DNA of 63,919 nucleotides, the filler included, from Piptocephalis cylindrospora (Eukaryota), in NCBI GenBank assembly GCA_003614145.1. It is 3 parts of 3 records of this genome, joined end to end, with 100 filler letters (N's around TTAATTAATTAA, not from the genome) between each part and the next. Parts side by side here need not be neighbours in the genome. Positions count along the whole stretch, not along the records: positions 44,508 to 63,919 come from KZ987821.1; 2 more parts are not named here. One strand, written 5' to 3'. Below are positions 48,427 to 61,635 of this stretch, in pieces (the first letter of the stretch is position 1; the number at the start of each line of letters is the position of its first letter). A program made the position numbers and the translations under genes. The notes under the pieces were generated by a model, which was not told where the DNA came from, did not search any database, and was given only the letters and a program-made list of their open reading frames with translations.

Positions 48427-50215
48427 ATGGACCAAGGTGATTCCCAGTCGCTCTACCGGCCCTCGAGTTCCCCTTCCAGGGCTCCTCCCTTCTCCTCCCT
48501 GGCCCTGGGCACCCCTCCGTCCCGCACCGTCGTACCCATCCCGCCCATCCCGCCTGTGCCCTCTGCCTCACCGTTACAACCCTCTTCTCCATCCCACGCC
48601 CACACCCAGTCCCTCATTTCCGCGTAGGTCCCCTGTGTGCTTTGGCTGAGTAAGGGGGAGGCCGTGCTATACAACATCTCTCACCCCACACACTTCCTCT
48701 CACAGACACCTACAGACACGTCGACCCTCCTTGCCCCCCCTGTCGGGCTTTCATTCCCGGGGGAAAAGCATGGATTCGGCTCATCCCCACTCATCTGCCG
48801 CAGTCACCGCCTCTCCCATGTCCTCTACAGCTGTAGCTTCGGCTGCTGCCGCCGCTATTGCCACCCTAAACGCCCTTCCCAGGCCTCCCTTTCCCCCACC
48901 CACCTCCAATACAGAGGAGGAGGTATGGGTAGTAGATGGGTTGGTTGAGGCCTTTCTCGGAACCCTGGGAAAAGCAGGAGGCTCAGGCACCCACTCCTCT
49001 CTAGACCCATCCTCCCTCTCCTCTTCTTCTTCTTCTTCCTCCTCCTCCTCCTCCTCTTTGTCACAGTCCCCTGAAGGATCAAAATTTCGGGGGGGAAGTG
49101 GAGGTCATCTGGAAGAAAGAGCCCTTGCCGTGCTCACGGCCATTGGGGAAATTGGAAGGGCCATTCGTATGGCCAGCTCCGCCACCTCCCACTCCTTGCC
49201 CAAGTGTGGCCCGGCCCTGGCCAGTACCTCCAAGTCGGCTCAGGCTACGGCTACTCGACTCATCCGCGCCCTCTCCCGACCCGAAACCCCAGCCTCCCTT
49301 GTTTCCGCCATCCGGGCTGCCTTGAGCGCGTGGAGACATGTGGTCAGTGAAGTTCGGGGGTGGGCCGAGGCCATTGCCGGGGTGGAGGAACGCGCCGCTC
49401 GACGCCTCATCGCCGCCATTGAATTGGGATCCATGGAGATCCGCTGTGCATCCTCCTTTTCCCCCGCTAGACCCAGCGGATCTATGGAACAATCCAAAGG
49501 AAGGATGCACACGGAAGGAGGTATGCTCGGGGGTGAAGTGCGGGGTCAGCCTCTCTCCTCTTCTTCCTCCCTCTCCTCTTCTTCCTCCTCCTCCTCCTCC
49601 TCCTCTTCCTCCTCCTCTTTCTCCTCCTTGACTGCCCGTGGATTATCTCACGGAATAACATCGGATTACTCGGGCGGTGGTAGCGCGTCTACATCCTCCA
49701 GCTCAGCGAGATCCAATACCCCAGAACCCATTGCCCCCATAGGGATCAGGGAAAGAGCTCGATCCAGGGATTATCATGGCCCATTTCCCCGCCATCGTCG
49801 AGGTTCCTCGGACGTGGGTCATCAGCCCGAGGCCAGCTCTCCTATCCCTCTACCCGTCCCTTCCACCCTTTCCCTGCTCGATCCTGGAACCCCTGGCTGG
49901 ACTGCCCCTATCCTGGCCATGCCCCGGCCCAGGTCTCGAAATGTCGTAAGGAGGTCTCCGGTGTCACACTCCACTGACTCTCACCCTCTCCCCACCACCA
50001 CCTCCCTCCTTGAGGACAAAATTGACGGGACTGGTCCCATGCGTCGGAAGGCCCCCACCCTACCATCACATGCCCCCTCTTCCTCGGTCCCATCCACCGC
50101 TTCCATGACCCTCATCACCGCCACTGCCCCCTCCTCCTCATCTTCCTCTCCTTCCGCCTTTCCCTCTCCACCCCTGCCCTCCTCCACCTCCTCTACCTTT
50201 TCCATCATCTCTTCC

Positions 50216-50248
<33 letters not shown>

Positions 50249-51658
50249 ACAGCCTCCTCATCCCTATCCATGCCCCCACAGCCCCCTATTATGGCCGCGG
50301 CCATTGGGAAACGTGTGCCTAATCTGACTTTGGAGCTCACCTCGAATGAGGATCGGATGTCTGGGTGGATGACTGCCGCCACTGGTCTAGACAATAGGGT
50401 CATCCGATCGGTTCATCGGTGCCTTGACGCTTGTAAACTCACCTTACCCCTTCTTCAAAGTGCCCTTGCCGATAAAAAGGCTCAGAGACCGGGAGAAGGA
50501 GATGAGGAGGAAGAGGAGGAAGATGAGGATAGGATCCATGAACGGGAGACCGAGGAAGAACTGTACGATTGTGTGAACCGAGTGGGAAAGGCCACCGTCA
50601 AGCTCGAACGCTCCCTCGATCATATTCATGCTATAACCCAAGCTCATCAGGAGCTGGCCGAGGTGGATGAGGGGGTTGAGGAGGAGGAAGAAGAAGGCTA
50701 TGGCGATGGGAGTAGAGACGAGGAGGAAGGAGGAGGAGCCAAGACTGAGGAGAAAGTCAACATCTCCACCATGGACACAGGCATTCTCCGGGTCTTTGGT
50801 GAGGATACTGGACTACTCCTCCAGGCCATTGTGCGTATGACCCGTACCACCCGTAGGATCCTGGCCGAGGCCTCTGGCGATGCTGGGGATGGGAGCGAAG
50901 GCGGTCATCGGGGTCACTCTGCCTCCTCCTCCTCCAGACATGGCCATAGCCTGAGCACCGGAAGCACCAGTAGTAATCTCTCCGTCGTCAGCACCTGTAG
51001 CGCCGCAAGTCATTCCGGAGGCTCCTCGGATCCTGGAGTAGATGAGGATAAAGAGGATGGGGACAAATCTGGCTCTTCCCCTCCCCCGACTACCGCCTCC
51101 TCCCCTCCCACCATCTCCTCGCCTTCCCCGACCAGGCTTGTCCTCCCCAAATCGACTCGACAATCGATCCAACGTCTTGCCCGTATCTCCAAAGAGCTAG
51201 CTGTGGCTGTTAGCGTGGCTCCTCCATCCCCAGGGTTTCCCACCTCTAGATCCAGGGCCCTCCGACCTCCCCTCACCCCTCAGGCCCCCCGAGGCTCCAC
51301 GGAGGGTGGAAGGAGGAAGCAAAGGTCTACAGGCTCGGTGGATGAGGGTCTTCCCTCCTCTCTACCCTTTCGGCCTAGACTTCCGGTCCATTCCCAACCC
51401 ATACGACGGCCCTCCGACACCAGCCCCTCCTCCTCCTCCCGCCCCACCGTTATCTCCCATGTCGGCGGTGGTGGGTATGAAGGCTCAGGGATTATGGGGC
51501 ACCGCCCCCCTCCTTCCTCCTCCTCACCCTCGTCCTCCCGGCATCCCCCGAGGTCCCTTCGACGTAGTGGAGATAGTTGGGTGAGTATGCTCTCCACCGG
51601 AAGCCACATATCCACTGCCCCAACCTCTCCCGAAGAGGAGAGGGATGAAGGGGAGTAA
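48427..51658 (+). CDS. SOG2: SOG2-domain (RAM network) protein with long Ser/Pro-rich insertions; one 5' intron (~48624-48704)
   Basis: Helical blocks AALSAWRHVV...EERAARRLIAAIELGSMEIRCA, VFGEDTGLLLQAIVRM and IQRLARISKELA match the SOG2 pattern as I recall it. No LRRs seen. Confidence 0.62.
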
Positions 51659-51893
51659 TTGGGAGAAAATGTGACTTTGTCTGTAGAGAAGGATAGTCCC
51701 AAAAACGATTTTTGCCATCTCCTGTAGTATATCGACGTTTGACATGGTTTATAATCAGACGCGCTACCTATTCCAACAACAATCAAACACAGCATGTGGA
51801 TTGAATCAAGTGTTTATAAAATGGACCCGGCTCACACAGACACACCCACACCCGCACGCCCTGGGGGGGCTTGGAAGAGGCATGAGAAAGTAT

Positions 51894-53312
51894 TTATGCC
51901 TTGCTCTTCTTCTTCTTCTTCTTGGCGGGCTCCTCGCTATCAGCGGACCTCTTGGTTCCCTTCTTGGCCTTCTTGGCCTTCTTCGAGCTGCTGGCGGCAT
52001 CGGTCTCGGCGGAGGCGCCCTCACTCTTCTTCATGGCCTGACGCATGACCTCGGCATTCTTGGTGGGCTTACCTCCAGATTCGTAGAAGGATAGACGGTC
52101 CTCGACTTGCTGGTGAAGGGCCTCGCCAAAGGAAGTGGTGGGCTCATCGGAGAAGCAATCGATGCGGGAGGCAATGGTGCACTTATTAGCGAGGAACCGG
52201 GAGATACGGCCCTTGTTCTTCTGACCAGCACGACCGATGAAGGAGGAGTGGTAGATGAGACCGTACTTGGGAGTCTTTCCCTTGGTCTTGAGAGCCCGGA
52301 ACAGGGCCTTCTCAGCCCCAAGGATCTGGACGGTGGAGGCGGGGTACTTGGAGAGATTGGTGAGAGAACCAGCGTGGGAAATGAGCCTGGCACCGACAGA
52401 GTCACCAATAAGGGCAGCGAGGTTAGGGGCAACATGGGACATCTTGGAGGAGAGATAGGCGGACAGGTCAGATCGGTACTGGGCCAGAGAGATAACTCGG
52501 GTGGCAAAGTGCTCGATGTTGATCAGGTCAATGGGGGAAATATCGGTACCCATGGAAGTACGGGAGGCATCAATGATCTGCTGGGCCTTGCCGGCATCCT
52601 CAGTGATCTCCTCGAGACCAGGGAGAGAAGCTTCAGTAAGCTCGGACTTGTTCCGAATGAAACGGGCAAGCTTGGCAAACTGAGCATGATCCTGGATAAT
52701 CTTGGAGAGTTCGGGGAAATGCCACGAGTACCACTCACGGATACGCATGGAGAAGGTGTTGACATCCTTGTCCAGCTGGTCCAAGAGGGCAATGGCCTGG
52801 ATGATCATGTTATCGGACCGGTTGACATTGAACTTAACCTTGGCCCGGGAGTAGGCATGACCTAGACCCAGTTGAGCCCTTTCCAGGTCCCCGGCCTTGA
52901 GCTGAGACAGGAGGTGGTCGGCGTGCAGACGGACGATACGACCTAGCTCCCAGACGAGTTCGTCGCTAGCACACTCTAGGCCGGTAGCGGCCTTGACGGA
53001 CCCGGCGAGGTTACGCTCGATGACCCCCAAGACGACCTTGGACTTCTTCTTGCTCGACTTAGCTAGGTTAAGGTCGAGGAAGGCGGACAGGGCCGAGGAA
53101 CACACACCCTCGGACACTTCGTTCTGGTTCTCCAGAGCATCGGCCGCCGACTTGAATGGTAGGAAGGACCGGACCTTAAGGAGCTGGGTGGCCTTGCCCG
53201 AGTCTTGCACGGCTGACTGAACCGAGTCGAGGTTCAAACCAATCTCATCCGAGGACGTGCACTCAAAGAGCGCGTATCCCGAAGCAGTTTCGTAGAGGAG
53301 ATGGGAGACCAT
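51894..53312 (-). CDS. NOP56: Box C/D snoRNP protein Nop56
   Basis: [71 protein letters not shown] and Lys-rich tail. Confidence 0.98.
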   Translation of the reverse strand: MVSHLLYETASGYALFECTSSDEIGLNLDSVQSAVQDSGKATQLLKVRSFLPFKSAADALENQNEVSEGVCSSALSAFLDLNLAKSSKKKSKVVLGVIERNLAGSVKAATGLECASDELVWELGRIVRLHADHLLSQLKAGDLERAQLGLGHAYSRAKVKFNVNRSDNMIIQAIALLDQLDKDVNTFSMRIREWYSWHFPELSKIIQDHAQFAKLARFIRNKSELTEASLPGLEEITEDAGKAQQIIDASRTSMGTDISPIDLINIEHFATRVISLAQYRSDLSAYLSSKMSHVAPNLAALIGDSVGARLISHAGSLTNLSKYPASTVQILGAEKALFRALKTKGKTPKYGLIYHSSFIGRAGQKNKGRISRFLANKCTIASRIDCFSDEPTTSFGEALHQQVEDRLSFYESGGKPTKNAEVMRQAMKKSEGASAETDAASSSKKAKKAKKGTKRSADSEEPAKKKKKKSKA

Positions 53313-54396
53313 GCTGCGCGGGTTGGGGAATAGGGTGATTGAGTTGATGAAGGAGGGAGAGAGAAAAGGAGGGGCGGCGGTGGTGGTGGGGGATTGGGAT
53401 AGGCGGGGAACTTGACTGAGGAAATAGAGCGGTGGGGGTGCTATGAGTGTGTGGTTTGGTGGGCGTATATGAGGATAAAAGAAAAAAAATTGCTGTGTTT
53501 CTTCTCCAAGTGTTCGTGTGTGGCCGTATGTGTGAGCACAACACCGGGAGATAGAGGGGCTTCATAGGCAAGCATGAGCTTTGATAAGTCACAAAAATCC
53601 AAAATTCAAATGTTAAATTCTGAAAGCACCTGTTGCTGAATATTGGTATGGGGTCCACCAGAATGCCTCTTGGACGCGTGTTTCTCCATAACAATAATTT
53701 TTTATACAACCATGAAGTCCTGCCATGCCCATGAACGTGTACCTCCTCATAAGACAATACATCCCTCAATCACAAGCGGGGGGAACCTGCTGTTTTTGAT
53801 AAGAAAACAAGCATTCATTCTAGGAGAGTATATTTATTAGGATAGCTTGCTCGATAACAAGTTAGTAAAAATGCCCAAAAAAATAAAATTGCGCTTTATG
53901 GCGTTGATGTGCTTGCAATTCTAGGATGATGATAAAAACTAAATTTTATTACCCCGTATGAGGTTGGCTACAGGGTATCCGAACACATTGACTGTCTTTA
54001 ATTAGGTCGACATCCTGCAATTCTAGGGCAGATAAAACAGCTATACTTTTTAGTTGCAGAGGTCAATTCCTATTCAATAGTACGCGGTTTTGGTGAAGAT
54101 CCAGGGCTCAAACGCAATTTATTACTATCATGAGAAGATATCCGTATGATCTCATGATGATAATAATATCAAAAGTGATCAGCGACTTATGACAAGTGGC
54201 TTCAATTGCGTTGGCATCCAATGATCATGTAGAAGCATTTCAGCAGCCAAAATCAATGCTATCAAGGGTGGATCCCCGAGTTGGGTGAATATCCTTGAAT
54301 GTGCGCAATCATCATACTATCGGCTAAAGCCTGTTCAAAAACGGTAAATTTCATCTTTTTACTACTAAAGTAGAATACAGTATACTCCATTCAGCA

Positions 54397-55901
54397 TTAT
54401 TTAGCTGTTGTTCGAGTCCTCGCTCGTCTCAACACCCACTTTGACATATTAGCTGCAATGGCCCGGTGAAGGTATTGAACTTTCTCGGTATAAGCGGGGC
54501 TTCCCCTTAGCGCGGTCACTTCTTGCATAAAGTGTTTCTGGGCCGGTAGGATCATGTCAACCTTGTGAAGTGGAAGGAAAAAGGCCACATGGATCATAGT
54601 CTCGTATCCCGCCTTCCAGGCCTCCACATCGGACCGCTCCTGCTCCTCCGGGGATACATCTACATGAGGAATCCACCGCTCCTCATCCTCCATAAATCGA
54701 GTCAAGAGGCGCATGACCATGGAGTGTCGCCTGGCTGTGATGTGCGACCGGATGAGAAGACCCCATAGGACCGGGTCAATGCGAAGGGAGGGACGAAGGC
54801 GAAGGAGATGAAATGCCTCCTCGGCGAGCCCGGACGCGCCCCAATCCCCCAGGAGCCCCAGCATCCTTGTTCCCAGTTCCTGATCTATCCCGGGCCATCC
54901 CTTCATCTTGATGAGTCGACGGAACGCATAGTTTATGCCCCGGAGATGATGCCCGTACACACTAGCATGGAGGATCCATTCCCAGACAGACAGACTACCA
55001 TAAGAGATCTCGGAGGGATCGAGGGAGAGACCGGAATTTTCTGCCGCCAGGGCCACCTCCATAGCCGTTTTTCCCTCATACACCTGACACAGGGCATGAA
55101 TGAGCCGGGTCCATACGACCGAGGGCAGGGTCTGTTGTAGCCTTCGGGAAATGAGCCACTCATCCAGTGCTTGCTCCACATTTCGGTCTTTGAGATATCC
55201 AATGATCAAAAGCGCTCTTTGCCTGTCTCCTATCATCAGTCCGTCTTTTTCCATTTCTCGCTTTATGCACCAAGCCAATCCAGTGTTCCCGGTCTTTGCA
55301 AATGTCTGCGAGGGAGATGAGCTTGGAAAGTCAACGAAGAGGGAAGGAAAATGGTACTTACATGAAGGATATTGTGATAGGTCATCATGGTACAGCACCG
55401 TGCATCCTTGGCCTCGAGTAAGATGGTCTGAACAATTGTCAAATGGCCATATTGGGCCGCGGCCTTGAGTGCACTGATATACATGATAGGGGATACGGGC
55501 ATGGGGGTGAGGGAGTGGCCATGTCGTTGAATCGCCTTGGACAAAAGCCGAAAGGTATTGGATGGGTGCTTGTCCCATAGCGAGTAAAGCTGCTTCTCCA
55601 GAGATGCCTGGTAAGGTCGTCTACTACTTCTCTTTTCATGGCCTTGGGGCCTTTGAGGCTTCCTATCCGTCTTGGGCACAGGAACGACATCCAGGATATC
55701 ATCCAAGGCAGGGCTGGTCTCCTGGTGAGAGATGCTGTGAGACTGGTCCTGCCCATCCTTCTGGTCGTGAGCGGCAGTGGTGACCAAGTGCCGTTTAGGA
55801 AGGAGATGCGGAGCGGGTGGTCGCAGGGCTGAGGACGGGTATCCAAGGAGGGGCCATGCCTTGGGCCACCGCTCCCCAGCTCTCCAACATAGTCGACTCA
55901 T
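54397..55901 (-). CDS. PPR-like helical-repeat protein, probably mitochondrial, 2 exons (intron ~55308-55360)
   Basis: Arg-rich presequence-like start and degenerate PPR-like units (MYISALKAAAQYG, TYHNILHTFAKTG, VWTRLIHALC, LWGLLIRSH). Confidence 0.7.
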
Positions 55902-56440
55902 GAGGATCCTGTGAAAGAAGAGAGGCTTGGCAGGGATGAAGGAAGCGAGGGAGAAAGGGGGAGGGGGGCCAGGAGTAGCGATTCAAAAAATACATACGCG
56001 TATCCCAAGAACGTCAGCAGTATTCGCATGTAATGTTGATGCTGCTGGTACTGCTCTCCTACCTAGCACATTGAAGGAAAGGTTTGAATACCTTACCTCT
56101 CTCACTTGCTTAAAGCCCAATATTCCTCTATCCCAGCTGGATTGCAGGATGAAGGGGCTTATTTTTATTATTATTTCCACTCATATTTATATTTGTAGGG
56201 ATGGAGTATGTGACTAATTACATGGCTTTTCAGGCCGAGGAGTACGAGGGGCTAAAAAGAGTGAGGGATCCTCCCCTCAGTAGTCTTTTCGCATCCCCCT
56301 TACTATCGGCTCTAAAGTGGTGAGTCTTACTGCACACCGAAAAGAAGTCAAGCGTGAAAGGCGCCTTCCCCCCTCCCCCCTAGCCCCTCCATCCAGAAGC
56401 TACCTTCCTTACGTGCCCTCTCCGTTCTTCATACACGCCC

Positions 56441-58331
56441 ATGCTGCCCTTTCGAACTCTCTCCATCCTCGGCCGGCTGGGTCGGATGGGTAAGCGTGTG
56501 CCACGACAAACCCACATCCTCTCCGACTGGAAGCGCGTATCCTCCACCACGACATCCAAGCCATCGGACACCACCGACACTCCTCCCAGCCCTAACCCAA
56601 AAAGATCTAGCGTAAATCTCAAGTACATTCGGGGAACCCACGAAGGTTCACCCATCTCCCCAGTGAACAAACGATTGCGAAAACGATTGGGCACACTCTC
56701 ATCGGCTGCCCCCGGGTCAAGGACACGGGAGGAAGCAGCAAAGGATTTTGCCCGTATTTACCAAGAGATCTTGCATCGTAAGCTGATTCCGGATCGAATG
56801 ACCTACGAATTAACCTTGACCTATGCTGTGTGTATGGATCACTGGACACTGGCCATACAGTTGCTCCAAGAGATGTGCGAGGCAGGGCTTCCCCCCCACC
56901 CTGGCCACCTTTCCTCCACTCTTCCGAGTGCTCTATTCATCCGGAAATAGTTGGCGAATTTACCTCCTTCTCGAACTCATGAAGACCTTTGAAATACCCA
57001 TAGGCCGGGAAACCTATGAGGCCTTAATTGTTCTTCAGCTCCACCCTCTCTATAGAACCGGATCATGGACATTGCCAGAAGCAGAAGGAAATGGTATTTC
57101 CTACAAGACGACCCGATTCCCTCATGAAATTGAAGCTGCACTGGCGAATCTCCTTGAGATGCTCTCCTTAGCCTCTGGCCCCACTGAAGCTCCTCTAAAA
57201 TCGGATGGTGGGATAAAAGAGTATAGTAAATCGCCCCTAGGACAACTCCTCCACCTGCCTCCACCAGCGCTCTCAGCCACCAAAAATTCCCTGACCTATA
57301 TGAGCTTTAAGCCGTCAGAGCAACTCGTAGAAAAAACTATTGGTGCCTTGGTGAGTTTAAATGAAGCCGAGGTGGGGGTGGAGCTGGCCAAGGCGGTGAA
57401 AAAGAGGGGGGTTCATATTGGACCGGCGTCCCAACATAGCCTCCTCGCAGTATGCGCCCATCAGGATTACTTGGAAGGGATCCGTTGGAGCTGGAATACC
57501 TTGGTCGAGGAGGGTGGTCATAAACCCTCGGAGGGCCTGTGCAGTCAGCTTCTTCGGTCAGCCGCACGGACAGGGGACTCCACCCTGGCTGCTTCACTGA
57601 TCCGATATATGCACGGGACACTTCAGGTAACCCTAACAATCAACCACTTTTTCTCCCTCCTTGAGGCGCATGCCCGTGTTGGAAATGTCTCAGGATTATC
57701 AGTCCTCGTCACCTATCTCAAGGCTCAGGGCCTGGGGGTTGTGGACGGTTGGCTGGACCTCCGATTGCTTCGGGTATGGCGAGAGCAGCTAAGTACCTCG
57801 GTCAGCCAAGTGGACGCAGCCTACACGACTTTGCGGGAAGAGCGCTCCCAGGGCCGACCGGTGGAACCTGAGGTGTTCACTACCGTTTTGGATGCAGCAA
57901 TTGACCTGGGCGAGCCACGAAGGGCTCTGGCGTTGTGGCAAGGCCGAGTAGAACTCCTGGGAGAGGATGGGGCCAAGAAGGGGGCCACAAATCTATACGC
58001 CTCCATGCTCTCCCTATGCCGAGTGACTGCTGATACCGAGTTGATGGATCAACTGCTCAAGGAGATGAAGGATTCCGAGGTGTCTCCCTCAGTCCAAGGG
58101 TATGTCCATGCCCTGGCCACATGCCTTTCGATCGAGGGGCCCGGCTGGGAGAGGGCCTTCCACTTCCTAGGGGCTGTGCGGTCGATGACGCGGGCGCCGC
58201 CTCGAGAAATGTTTATTCTCATGGCCGAACGATGTATTGCTGAGCATGACCATCGAGGCCGACTTCTCCTAGAGGAGATGGTCAATCTAGGCTATGCTGT
58301 CCCTGATGTGTTGGAGGATCAACTGGTGTGA
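56441..58331 (+). CDS. PPR-repeat mitochondrial protein, apparent +1 frameshift at C7 run 56891-56897
   Basis: PDRMTYELTL...ALQLLQEMCEAGLPP(TLATF), PSEGLCSQLLRSAARTGD and YASMLSLC...LLKEMKDSEVSPSVQGY. The two ORFs join cleanly across the homopolymer. Confidence 0.78.
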
Positions 58332-58473
58332 GGGATGAAAATACTGACAAAATGTAAATTATCATTTCAATGAAAATGCGGAGATGGAAAAGAAAAGTGA
58401 TCTAGTTTTCTTGCTGAAGTGATCCCTTCCCATTGCACGCTAGAATGGGTGCGGGACTTTTCTTCATCCCGTC

Positions 58474-60649
58474 CTAAAAACGGCTGATGTCCCGTCCAAA
58501 GATCCAAGAGTAAAGCCTATTAGAGATGGAGGGGAAAGGAGGAAGAATGAGACGATGGGAGAAGCCCCGAATATTATCGGCAACTACCCGTTACCTACCA
58601 GTATGAAGGAATCAAGACCTTGTTCTTCCATGACACACTCATATTTAGATACGCTGACCTCCAAAAGATCCAGGCTCCCACCCCGGACCCACGGACCTTT
58701 TTTGGGGATTCTCCGATTTCGGCCACCGCTAATAGAGTAATGAGGATGAGAATGTTTAAAGGGGATGACCAAGACATTTTAGCCCACACTATCATAATCG
58801 TACCTCTCCAGCCTCCAACATAGGCCATGGCCCCAGCGTACCGGTATCTAAAAGGGGGAATATTGGCTTCCACCCCGGACTGCTGGGTAATTTGCTTAAA
58901 GACTGCAAGGGGATGTATCAGAGAGTTGACATATCATGATGTGTAGTGCAACGGAGGAAGTAACATACCCTTTCCAAGATAGCTGGCTTGTTGATTGGCC
59001 ACTTGAGCGGTTGCAGGTAGAGGGGAGCCCTTTAGTGAGGAGCAATCTCCAATGGCATATCTGATTTGAGAAATGATAATAAGGGATGATTAATGAAAGG
59101 ATAGAGGCAATGGATCACCTCTCTCCAATTAATAATACTTACACTCCATCCATGGGTTGACCTTGGGCATTGAGAACTCGAAGGTTGCTATCCACTTCCA
59201 ACCTTCCCACCTTATCCAGGGAGACCTGATCTTTGAGAGAAGACAACAGGGGATTGGCCGCAATTCCCGTTGCCCATACCAAAAGCCCATAAGGTACTAC
59301 TATCCAGAGAGAAGGATAGAATAGGGATGAGTAATGGTTATCAATAAAGAGCCGATAAATGCTCTTCAAGCGCCCCTTACCCTCTTCCTCCTTCCCATCT
59401 CCGATTATTAGGGATCGTTCAGTCACTCGAGTGACATTTGCACCTGGGTAAAATGAGATGAGGAATGAGTGTGACGTCAGCCCGCTTGAATCATCCAACT
59501 AGGTCCGAAGATCCTTACTTGTCCGAATGCGAATCCCTTCTCTTTTGAACCTTTTGGAGGCATACTCAGAGAGCTTGGCATCAAAAGATCCGAGGATACG
59601 GGGAGCAACATCATAGACGGTTACAGAGGTATGAGGCATGAGTTCAGGGTAGAACCTGGACATGTCATCGTGGATCAGATCGGCCAACTCAGCGCTGAGT
59701 TCTACCCCTGTTGGGCCGCCTCCCACCACTGCATGTAGGATGGGAAAGGGGATGAGCAATACACAGATGACGACCTCTCCCCGAAAAGATGCATACCAGC
59801 AAAGTGAAGTAGACGGCTTCTCTCCTCGGAGGAGAGACCGGGTTGAGCAGCCATCTCAAAGCAATCCATGATACGCTTTCGAATTCTCCGAGAGTCAGTG
59901 ACGTCCTTGAGGAAGTGAGCATGCTCTTTAACCCCTTCGATGCCAAAAGTGTTTGTGTGGGAACCAACGGCGATGACTAGACGATCGTATGGGATTCGGA
60001 AATTTCGGATATCTTTAGTATCCGAGAAGACGGATTGACACTCCACCACCCCGTTGCGGGGATCTAGTGGGGGAAAGAGGAGTGAGCTAGATGGCCTATG
60101 TCCCCAGAAAAACCAGACGCGGCTCACCGATAGAAGTGCACTTGGCCTCCAAGTAGTTCTTCCCCTTGGCAAAGGCCCGGACAGGTTCAGTAGCGGCACG
60201 GAACTCTAAGGTCCCCGACGCCGTACCCGCTAGCAACGGAGTGAAGACTGAATGGGAGGGGTGAGCTGTACTGAGATGACGCATGATCGCTCGGTCCAAA
60301 TGACTTGGTAGACGACCTACCAAAATAATTACGTGGGGAAATCAGGGTCACATCATAGGATTCGGCCTTGAGATGACGTAACAGATTGAATCCGGCCCAG
60401 CCCGAGCCTATCCCGCTGAATGGTAAGTACTTTGGCTAACTGGAGAGATGTGCATATATTCAACCCACCAAGAATAATCAATCGACCACACGGGGCAGGC
60501 TTGGATGTTTGCATTTCGGGTGGAAGGTGAACGGTAGTTTCGTTTGACTGAGAATGAGTGATGGTGGCCAGACCCTTGGTCAGCGGGATCAGTCTCTGAC
60601 CCTTTACTCTGGGTAGGAAGCGAGTGTGAGAAGGGACCAGTCGAAGCAT
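58474..60649 (-). CDS. Type II (alternative) NADH dehydrogenase, NDE1/NDI1 family, multi-exon
   Basis: LIILGG..GWAG, FTPLLAGTASGTLEFR, YDRLVIAVGS, VVGGGPTGVELSAEL, LVWATG, LPATAQVANQQ, WRSAYL and WIFGRDISRF. Confidence 0.95.
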
Positions 60650-61458
60650 GAGGGACACAGGAAAAAAGTGGAGGATGGATAAGCGGGAGCTGGATAAGTG
60701 AGTGGATAAGTAGGGCTATGAAGACTTTGCCCTCGGTATATATACACATCTCAAGGAAGATAAAGCGCGTGAAACAGCCCTTCTTAACATAACGGCACAC
60801 AATGAGAGATGAAGAGAGCGCACGTCATAACTCCGACTCGTGCGGATGAGTGTGATGAGAGGAAGAACGGAAGGGCAGGGGGGAACCCTCCCTCCCGCAG
60901 TGGAACAACCCATGGATAGACGACGGGTGATCCTCGTAGCGGATCGGGAAAGACCGGAGGCGGGCACGAATACGATTTTTAAGGGAGACCTGACCTTGTT
61001 TATGGGGAATGGGTATTCATATCCGGACCGATTCTATCCTTTTAAGATTGAATTCGGGAGGCAGTGATGGTGATGGTTTAATCAATAATCATCATCGTAG
61101 AACCCAAGTGAACGAAGGATGGACCGTGGTGAATGTGAGGGATGACAACCCTAAAGGGAGACAACAACAGCCAAAAAGTGACCTAGCAATAAGGTAAAGA
61201 TAAATGGAAATCTAATCCAAGTCATCAAAGGTGAAGGTCATCAGGGGGAGCAGGGGAAGAAAAGATTGGATCATCAAACGGTGAATAAGCAGGGAGAGGG
61301 AAAAGAGGTTGCATAAAAAGAGAAAGAGAGGATGGATGGATGGGGTGGGTGGAAGCAGATAAAACCATGCCCATCTCATCCCGTTACTGAAATCACCTGC
61401 AATAATCGCGTGTATCCTTCTCCCTTGCACCGTCTCAGTAACCTCCCAGGGAGGGGGG

Positions 61459-61492
61459 CGAGGTGAGGTGAGGTGAGGTGAGGTAAGGTGAG
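61459..61492 (+). repeat. (GAGGT)n pentanucleotide microsatellite
   Basis: gaggtgaggtgaggtgaggtgaggtaaggtgagg. Confidence 0.85.
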
Positions 61493-61635
61493 GAGGGGGG
61501 GAGTGAGAGTGGATCAATAACCCATTCGAAACTACATCCCCTTTCATCATGACACCATTCAACAGGGCTTCTTCACCACCTTTGATTTTCACATCTTTCA
61601 ACATGATCTCTCTACCCCAACCAGAATGACCCCTC

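Noticed and set aside
52107..52865. 252-aa ORF opposite NOP56
   Set aside because: Antisense open frame caused by the codon bias of NOP56.
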